Origin: an uncultured Gemmiger sp.
Lineage (GTDB): Bacteria > Bacillota > Clostridia > Oscillospirales > Ruminococcaceae
DNA: 32,000 bases
Assembly (NCBI RefSeq): GCF_944388145.1
Contig: NZ_CALXHQ010000003.1
Strand: one strand, 5' to 3'
Part shown: positions 26,231 to 32,000 of the stretch, in pieces
Position numbering within the stretch: the first letter of the stretch is position 1
How the letters are laid out: each line of letters opens with the position of its first letter
The notes under the pieces: model-generated
What the model saw: only the letters and a program-made list of their open reading frames with translations
Told to the model about the DNA's origin: nothing
Database searches by the model: none
Position numbers and translations under genes: made by a program

Positions 26231-27804
26231 TTTGCCAGCGCCTCCTTCATGGCGTTCTGCAAAGCGGCGATGGCGCTCTGCTTGAATTTATAGCTTGATT
26301 TGTTGGCGATCAGCCGGGCCGAGATGGGCATGAACTCCTCCAGCACGGCCAGGTCATTTTCCCGCAGGGTGGTGCCGGTCTCGACAATATCCACAATCAC
26401 GTCGGACAGGCCCAGGATCGGGGCCAGCTCGATGGAGCCGTTCAGCTTGATGATGTCGATTTCCCGGCCGGAGCCCTCATAGTGGGCGCGGGCGATGTTG
26501 ACAAACTTGGTGGCCACCCGCAAAGCCCGCCTCTCGTCGTCCACAAAGGTTTTGGGACCGGCCACGCACATGCGGCAGCGGCCCATACCGGTGTCCAGCA
26601 GCTCGTAGACGTCGGCGCCGCTCTCGGCCAGGATGTCCTTGCCCACCAGGCCCACATCGGCAGCTCCGTGTTCCACGTAGATGGCCACATCGCTGGGCTT
26701 GACCAGGAAGTAGCGAACCTTCGCTTCCGGGTTTTCCACCACCAGCTTGCGGCTGTCGGTGTAGTCTCCGGCGCCGTAGCCCGCCCCGGCCAGCAGGGCG
26801 TAGGCCTTATCGCCCAGGCGGCCCTTGGGCAGGGCGATGTTCAGCCAGGTGCCCTCCTCCCCCGCGCGGACCGGGGGCAGCGGGGCAGACAGGCGGTCCA
26901 GCTCGTCCAGATAGAGGGCAAATCCGATGGCTCGTGCGCCGGGGGTGAAGCGACGGATCAGCAGGTCGTAGCGGCCGCCTTTGAGCACCGGGCGGGCCGC
27001 GCCGGACAGGTATCCGGTAAAGACCAGGCCGTTGTAGTATTCCATATCGCCGGCCAGGCTCAAATCCAGGCAGACGCCGCGGGCATCCTCGCCCAGATCG
27101 TTCTGCAAAGCGGCCAGGTCCTCCAGCGCCTGCCGCTGACCGTTGAACCTGCAATGCCTGCGGGCGGCGGACAGCGTGGCGGACAGCGGACCGTGCAGGC
27201 CCAGGAACGCGGCCAGATCGGCGGCGTCCTCCGCCGACAGGCCGGCGGCTTTGGCAGCTTCGGCCAGGCCGTGGGGGTTTTTCTGCTGCAGCATGGCCAG
27301 CAGTGCCGGACGGTCCGGCCCGGCCACTCCCACGCCGTCCAGCCAGGCGGTGACAAAGCCCATGTGCCCCAGCTCCAGCAGATTGCTGCCGCCCAGGGCA
27401 TTCAGGCTGCGGCGGGCCAGGCGGATGACCTCGGCCTGCTCGGCATTGCCCACCGCGCCCAGGCATTCCAGGCCCATCTGGCTGATCTCGGCAAACACAT
27501 GGCTTTCCCGGCTGGGGCGGCAGACCTGCTCGTTGTAATAATACTTTTTGCAGCTGCCGGGGGCAGGCTGGGCGTTCTTGGCGATGGAAAGCGTCACGTC
27601 CGGGCGGATGGCCCGCAGCCTGCCGTCCAGGTCGGTGAAGGTGACCACCTGTGGGTCGGGCAGGAAATTCTCGTACTGCTGGTAGAGAGAGTATTCCTCA
27701 AACCGGGCCATGCGGTATTTGCGGTAACCGGCCTGCTCGTACAGCACCCGCAGCTGCAGGGTGCTGCGCTCAGCCGGGGAAAAAGTTGTCAAGTCCAGGT
27801 TCAT
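26227..27804 (-). CDS. hisZG: Fused HisZ (regulatory, HisRS-like) and short-form HisG ATP phosphoribosyltransferase, a single 525-aa polypeptide
   Basis: ATG 27804 (AAGGGGG upstream) within the 595-aa ORF. The N-terminal ~320 aa are HisZ-like (LRVLYEQAGYRKY..., RPDVTLSIA, YYNGLVFTGY). The C-terminal 207 aa are HisG-like (LNIALPKGRL..., DVAIYVEHGAADVGLVGKDIL, GSIELAPILGLSDVIVDIVETGTTLRENDL). There is no stop between the halves. Confidence 0.88.
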   Translation of the reverse strand: MNLDLTTFSPAERSTLQLRVLYEQAGYRKYRMARFEEYSLYQQYENFLPDPQVVTFTDLDGRLRAIRPDVTLSIAKNAQPAPGSCKKYYYNEQVCRPSRESHVFAEISQMGLECLGAVGNAEQAEVIRLARRSLNALGGSNLLELGHMGFVTAWLDGVGVAGPDRPALLAMLQQKNPHGLAEAAKAAGLSAEDAADLAAFLGLHGPLSATLSAARRHCRFNGQRQALEDLAALQNDLGEDARGVCLDLSLAGDMEYYNGLVFTGYLSGAARPVLKGGRYDLLIRRFTPGARAIGFALYLDELDRLSAPLPPVRAGEEGTWLNIALPKGRLGDKAYALLAGAGYGAGDYTDSRKLVVENPEAKVRYFLVKPSDVAIYVEHGAADVGLVGKDILAESGADVYELLDTGMGRCRMCVAGPKTFVDDERRALRVATKFVNIARAHYEGSGREIDIIKLNGSIELAPILGLSDVIVDIVETGTTLRENDLAVLEEFMPISARLIANKSSYKFKQSAIAALQNAMKEALAK

Positions 27805-27950
27805 CTTTGGTACCCCCTTGGGTTGGGAATGAGGGATGCGGAATTGGGGAACGGGCCGGTCATGGCCTGCTGTCCGCCGCAGCCCGCCATTCCTCAGTCC
27901 GACTTTCCCATGATTTCTAGTTGCCCGGCCTCCCCTTCCAGCCGGGTTTG

Positions 27951-28001
27951 AAAAAACGAAAAGCAGGCGCGCTTTGCACGTTGGTACAAAGCTGCGCCTG
28001 C
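27951..28001 (-). terminator. Intrinsic terminator after the Pro-rich membrane protein gene, upstream of the his operon
   Basis: Stem GCAGGCGC(A)GCTTTG / CAAAGCGCGCCTGC, followed on the minus strand by TTTTCGTTTTTT. Confidence 0.8.
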
Positions 28002-28014
28002 AAAAAAACATCAT

Positions 28015-28494
28015 TTAACCCTTGCAGCCAAGATCGTCCCAATTTGCGAAATCCTCGGGCGCGGCGATCTTTGTCGCGTCCACCTTGCCGTCCACCACCG
28101 GCGGGGCAGGGCTGAAATGTTCCACAGGGTTCACATTGGGTCCGCCCTCCGGCTTGACCGGCCGGTAGACCGGCGCTTTGGGGGCGGGTTCGGGCTGCGC
28201 GTCGCCGGCCGGGGCCGCATCCTGCGCGGGGGCAGGTTCCGGCTGTTCCGGGGCAGGCCCGGCCGGTTCCTCCGCCGGCTGGGCGGGCAACGACTCAGGG
28301 TCCGGCAGGTCATCTGCCGGGGCATCGGGTTCACAGGCAGGCGCAGTGTTCGGGGCCTCGGCGGCTGCGTCAGTGCCAGCCTCCGGGCCCTTGGTATGCT
28401 CGTGCTCCTGCTTGCGGCTGCGCAGCCAGTACATTGCTGCGCCCGCAGCTGCCGCCAGAACAGCCAGCTTCAAGAAACGATGCTTGCGTGCCAT
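28015..28494 (-). CDS. Single-pass membrane protein with a Pro/Ala/Glu-rich low-complexity region, unknown function
   Basis: 159 aa. The N-terminal TM is FLKLAVLAAAAGAAMYWL, and the C-terminus is ...VNPVEHFSPAPPVVDGKVDATKIAAPEDFANWDDLGCKG. GGAGG RBS, with its own promoter and terminator. Confidence 0.7.
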   Translation of the reverse strand: MARKHRFLKLAVLAAAAGAAMYWLRSRKQEHEHTKGPEAGTDAAAEAPNTAPACEPDAPADDLPDPESLPAQPAEEPAGPAPEQPEPAPAQDAAPAGDAQPEPAPKAPVYRPVKPEGGPNVNPVEHFSPAPPVVDGKVDATKIAAPEDFANWDDLGCKG

Positions 28495-28587
28495 GCCGGA
28501 ACCTCCGTTTCAAATGGATCTTTCTGCCGCGGGCAAAGCCTGCGGCGGTGTGGGCGGTGTTTGCCGCTTTACACCTTTACAGCGGTT

Positions 28588-28616
28588 ATTATACCACGTG
28601 GAACTGCGCTTCGCAA
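28588..28616 (-). promoter_or_regulatory. SigA-type promoter of the 28494 gene
   Basis: On the minus strand: TTGCGA (28616-28611), a 17-nt spacer, then TATAAT (28593-28588), with a TG extension. Confidence 0.65.
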
Positions 28617-28661
28617 GGGTGCAGGGGAAAAATTGCGCCGGGGAGCGGCGGCATTCCCCGC

Positions 28662-29666
28662 TCAGCCTGCCCCCTGTGCAGCCTCAGCTGCCTGCTCGGC
28701 GTTGGGGATGGCCTTGGCCATGGTATCAGCCCAGGTTGCGGCATCCTCCTCCCAGTGGGCATAGGCGGGGTCGCCCCGGTGGTCGGGCAGGTCATAGCGG
28801 GCGGTCAGATACTCCCCCAGCGCCGCAGTCAGCTTGCGGGCGCCCAGCACATTCAGGTGGCTGCCGGTATCGGGGGTATCGGTGGACCAATCCAGGCCGA
28901 AAGTTCCCTCCGGGTCCAGGTTATAGTCAATGTAGGTCAGCCCCCGGGCATCGGCATAGGCCTGGATACCGTTGTGCCGGCTGTGGTTCCAGCTGGTGGC
29001 CGCCGGCACCGTGATCAGCAGCAGCTGGCTGCCGTGGTCGGCGCACAGGCGGACAATGCGGTCAAGATACCACTCCGTCAGCAGCGGGATGGCCTGCCTG
29101 CCCTGGTCGTACATATAGCTGCCGCCGCCATAGGCCGCCACGCCGGTCAGCGGCATAAACCCCTTGTTGGGGTCCCGCCAGTTGTAATCGTGGGGCTGGA
29201 AAAGGTTGCCGGCGGTAAGCTCCTTCCAGTTGTCGTGGTAGCGCAGCAGCGGCAGCAGCTCGCCGGAGATATTGTTCACTGCGCTGCCAAAATAAGTTTC
29301 GGTGCCACGCTTGCTGTACACAATGTCGGTGCAGAGCACCACCACCTCCGGTGACTGCTCCGAGTAGATATCCTTGAGGCGGTAGTAGACATTGAACACC
29401 GAGAACCAGGCTGCGCCGTAGGTATAACCGGTAAAGCCGTACTGCTGGTACCAGTCCATGGGGGCGATGCCCTGGGCGGCGTTGGAATCCCCCAGCACCA
29501 GCACGTCAATGGTGTCAAAGTCCTCGCCCAGGATGCCGCCGGCGGTGTACCCCTCCAGATAGCGGTTGGAGTGGGGCATCAGATAGTTGCCCACCAACAG
29601 CAGGCAGGCCAGCAGCACCAGGCAGAAGGCCACGATGCGCAGCACGGCGTTTCGCAATGCGTTCAT
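28662..29666 (-). CDS. Membrane-anchored SGNH/GDSL-like protein (DltD/PatB-type partner of the MBOAT)
   Basis: ATG 29666 after AAGGAGG. N-terminal TM helix, VLVLGDSNA (GDS block I), and ...DTGSHLN near the C-terminus (block V-like Asp/His). Confidence 0.8.
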   Translation of the reverse strand: MNALRNAVLRIVAFCLVLLACLLLVGNYLMPHSNRYLEGYTAGGILGEDFDTIDVLVLGDSNAAQGIAPMDWYQQYGFTGYTYGAAWFSVFNVYYRLKDIYSEQSPEVVVLCTDIVYSKRGTETYFGSAVNNISGELLPLLRYHDNWKELTAGNLFQPHDYNWRDPNKGFMPLTGVAAYGGGSYMYDQGRQAIPLLTEWYLDRIVRLCADHGSQLLLITVPAATSWNHSRHNGIQAYADARGLTYIDYNLDPEGTFGLDWSTDTPDTGSHLNVLGARKLTAALGEYLTARYDLPDHRGDPAYAHWEEDAATWADTMAKAIPNAEQAAEAAQGAG

Positions 29667-29679
29667 AGGTGCCTCCTTG

Positions 29680-31248
29680 TCAGAACTGTGCGTAGATAAA
29701 GCCGGCGGGGTCGTAGTTGTCGCCGTAGGCGCCAAAGATCAGGATGGCCAGCACCCCCGCAATGTACACCGCCCAGCGCAGCGGCAGCGGGGCTGCTGCC
29801 AGCCGCTGCCGGATGGGCACACCCCGCTCATGCAGCAGGTCCACCGCCAGCAGCGCCGCAGCGCCCACCGCCAACACAACCATGTCCCGGGCGTCCAGCT
29901 GGATGAGCAGCGATCCCGTGTAGGGCACCGCCAGGCTTTTGACCATGGCGATCACCGCGCGGGTGCCGTTTGCCCGGAAAATCAGCATACCGCCCAACAC
30001 CAGCGCAAAGGTGCGCAGCCGCTGGAACAGCCGGTACCACCAGCGCTGCCGCAGAGCCGTAATCCGTGGGAAACGGCCGGTCCAGACCGGCTCAAAGATC
30101 TCGCCCAGCAGCTGCCAGAAAAAGTAATACAGGCCGTACACCAGGTACAGCCATCCGGCGCCGTGCCACCAGCCGATGGCCACCCAGGTAACGCCCAGCG
30201 CCGCCCAGACCGGCAGGCTGCGCCCCATCGCCGCGCCGAAATGGCTGCGGCAGAATTTGCCCAGCGTTTTCCACGGGGCGGAGAGGATCAGCGGCTGGAA
30301 GAGGTATTCCCGCAGCCAGGCGCCCAGCGTCATGTGCCAGCGGCGCCAGAACTCCCCCACCGTGCGGGAGAAGAAGGGCTGGCGGAAGTTTTCGGCCAGC
30401 GGGATGCCGAAGCACTGGGCCGAGCCCAGCACAATGTCCATGCAACCGGAGAACTCGGCGTACAGCTGCAGGGTGTACAGCAGGGTACCCACCACCACCG
30501 CCATGCCGGAATATTGCGTATAATCGTCAAAGACTGCCTTGACGTACATATTGGCCCGGTCGGCAATGACCATCTTTTTGGCCAGACCCCAGACAATGCG
30601 CTGCACGCCGAAGGTCAGGTTTGTGTAGGCGGGTCGGGGCGGGTCCAGCAGCGGGCCGGAAACCGCATTCCACCGGTCAAAGGGGCCTTCCACCACATGG
30701 GGCCAGAAGCACAGGAAGGACAGCACCTGCCAGTAGTGCTGTGCCGGGCGGCAGGTGCCCCGGTAAACGTCCACCAGGTAGCCCACCGCCATCAGGGTGA
30801 CAAAGCTCAGCCCCAGCGGCAGCACATAGCTGGGCACTGCCAGCGACAGCGCGCCGGGCAGCCTGTCCAGCACCGCGGCAATGCTGCGGGCGGCAAAGGG
30901 CCAGTATTTCAGCCAGAGGAACACCCCCAGCAGGATCGCCGCGCCGCCGCCCACCGCCAGCCGCTTGACAGCCCCTGCCTGCTTTTTCATAGCTTTGCGG
31001 CCGGGCGGGGAAAGCTCGGCCCGGGCAGTGGTGAGCAGGTCATCCACACGGCCCAATATCAGGCCCACCAGCCAGGTGACACCCGCGGCGGCCAGTATCC
31101 ACAGGATGTAGCGCCCGGCGCTCATCCAGTAGAAAAACAGGCTGGCGGCTAGCAGCACCGCCGGCCGGGCCCGCCGGGGCAGCACTGCCCACAGCAGCCA
31201 CACCAGCGGCAGAAACAAAAACAGATAGCCAAAGGATGTGTAAGACAT
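29680..31248 (-). CDS. MBOAT-family membrane O-acyltransferase (DltB/AlgI-like)
   Basis: About 522 aa and polytopic. MSYTSFGYLFLFLP... N-terminus, ...FWRRWHMTLGAWLREY... (the conserved MBOAT His region). The start could be ATG 31248 (AGGTG upstream) or ATG 31263. Confidence 0.88.
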   Translation of the reverse strand: MSYTSFGYLFLFLPLVWLLWAVLPRRARPAVLLAASLFFYWMSAGRYILWILAAAGVTWLVGLILGRVDDLLTTARAELSPPGRKAMKKQAGAVKRLAVGGGAAILLGVFLWLKYWPFAARSIAAVLDRLPGALSLAVPSYVLPLGLSFVTLMAVGYLVDVYRGTCRPAQHYWQVLSFLCFWPHVVEGPFDRWNAVSGPLLDPPRPAYTNLTFGVQRIVWGLAKKMVIADRANMYVKAVFDDYTQYSGMAVVVGTLLYTLQLYAEFSGCMDIVLGSAQCFGIPLAENFRQPFFSRTVGEFWRRWHMTLGAWLREYLFQPLILSAPWKTLGKFCRSHFGAAMGRSLPVWAALGVTWVAIGWWHGAGWLYLVYGLYYFFWQLLGEIFEPVWTGRFPRITALRQRWWYRLFQRLRTFALVLGGMLIFRANGTRAVIAMVKSLAVPYTGSLLIQLDARDMVVLAVGAAALLAVDLLHERGVPIRQRLAAAPLPLRWAVYIAGVLAILIFGAYGDNYDPAGFIYAQF

Positions 31249-31289
31249 ACTTGCACCTGCCATCAATCAAAATCATGGGGCTGCGGGGG

Positions 31290-31526
31290 TCATTCCTCCT
31301 CCAGCCGGTTGACCAGGGCGCAGATGGCCGCCACTGTGTGGAAGTTTTCCTCCCGCAGGTCGGTGGGGGTGATCTCAATGTCAAACTCCTCCCCCAGTGC
31401 CATGACCAGCTGCATCACCTCCACCGAGTCCAGCAGCCCGGACTTGATCAGCTCGGTGTCGGGCGCCGGGGCCAGCCCCGGCTTGACTTCGGCCAGGATC
31501 TTCAAAATTTCTTCATTGGTATGCAT
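31290..31526 (-). CDS. Acyl/D-alanyl carrier protein (DltC-like)
   Basis: 78 aa with a GLLDSVEVMQL phosphopantetheine-attachment serine motif. Confidence 0.85.
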   Translation of the reverse strand: MHTNEEILKILAEVKPGLAPAPDTELIKSGLLDSVEVMQLVMALGEEFDIEITPTDLREENFHTVAAICALVNRLEEE

Positions 31527-31561
31527 AAGAATCTTCCCTTCACAAAAATAGTTTGAGTGGG

Positions 31562-32000
31562 TCAGTCAAGTTCTGCCAGGGCCGTTTTCAGCGCGGCACG
31601 GTCCAGCTTGCCGTTGGCGTTCTGGGGGATGGTGCGCATCCGGCAAAGTACCGCCGGGCGCATGTAGGCGGGCAACGCCCCGGCCAGATGGTCCCGCAGC
31701 GGATCGTCCAGCCTGCGGCGGGCCTGGTAAAACAGCACCAGCCGGTCGCGGGGAGCGTCATACAGGCAGACCGCCGCCTCCACCCCGGGCAGGGCCAGGG
31801 CGGAGGCCTCCACCTCGCCCGGCTCGATGCGGTAGCCCAGATGCTTGATCTGGCTGTCGATGCGGCCGCAATAGTACAGCAGGCCGTCCGTCCCCTGCTT
31901 GGCCAGGTCGCCGGTACGGTAGATGGTCTCGGGGTAGTTGGGCTGCAGCGGGTTTTGCACAAAGCGCTGGGCGGTCTTGTCCGGCATGGCGTAGTAGCCC
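31562..32000 (-). CDS. Adenylate-forming carrier-protein ligase (DltA-like), C-terminal part; the 5' end lies outside the window
   Basis: ...GYYAMPDKTAQRF...YRTGDLA...GRIDSQIKHLGYRIEPGEVE...IPQNANGKLDR, adenylation-domain core motifs A8-A10. The frame stays open to the window edge. Confidence 0.85.
   Translation of the reverse strand, partial: GYYAMPDKTAQRFVQNPLQPNYPETIYRTGDLAKQGTDGLLYYCGRIDSQIKHLGYRIEPGEVEASALALPGVEAAVCLYDAPRDRLVLFYQARRRLDDPLRDHLAGALPAYMRPAVLCRMRTIPQNANGKLDRAALKTALAELD

Noticed and set aside
27805-28001. The hairpin at 27951-28001 as a histidine attenuator or T-box for the his operon
   Set aside because: The hairpin directly follows the stop codon of the upstream gene and precedes about 145 nt of leader. 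It is therefore better explained as that gene's terminator. I found no His-codon-rich leader ORF or T-box elements downstream.
17297-31152. Long plus-strand ORFs at 17297-18988, 19034-19735, 21431-23188, 22980-24545, 24947-25927, 26482-27951 and 29587-31152
   Set aside because: All are antisense to well-supported minus-strand genes (blaR1-like, hisF/A/H/C/D/ZG, MBOAT). They have biased Arg/Gly/Ala/Pro/His composition and no RBS context.
1-32000. Mobile elements, CRISPR arrays, tRNA/rRNA genes, and defence or toxin-antitoxin systems
   Set aside because: I saw no transposase/integrase-like ORFs, no regularly spaced direct repeats, no tRNA T-arm/anticodon-arm architecture and no rRNA-like sequence.

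Overview
This looks like a chromosomal segment from a high-GC, butyrate-producing Clostridia genome. The Oscillospiraceae/Faecalibacterium-like assignment is an inference from gene content and composition only. Most of the window is tightly packed housekeeping genes. On the minus strand, crt (partial), thl and coaD. On the plus strand, ddl-murI-DUF1934-argS, an aspartate racemase, a lipoprotein, metG, tatD, a large polytopic membrane protein, a small orphan gene and an AlkD-like gene. On the minus strand, a BlaR1/BlaI-type pair, a his operon (hisZG fusion-hisD-hisC / hisH-hisA-hisF / hisIE-hisJ, with no hisB), a Pro/Ala/Glu-rich membrane protein, and a dlt-like cassette (adenylating enzyme partial, carrier protein, MBOAT, SGNH protein). 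The long ORFs antisense to these genes are high-GC artefacts. The one region that ordinary annotation does not explain is about 7250-8800. It is a 1.5-kb stretch of roughly 40% GC (hand count), against 60-68% in the flanks. It has no plus-strand ORF of 60 aa or more. The argS terminator lies upstream, and its own strong plus-strand intrinsic terminator lies downstream. Promoter-like boxes sit at its 5' end, and the hexamer GTTTCA is strikingly over-represented on one strand. I read it as a candidate very large noncoding RNA or RNA-based element of unknown class. Secondary points are a non-T-box attenuator-like leader with a Met-containing mini-ORF ahead of metG, a BlaR1-like M56 protease with an Asp-box propeller sensor, a fused HisZ-HisG, and the non-canonical dlt-like cassette. 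I saw no tRNA, rRNA, CRISPR array, transposase or integrase.
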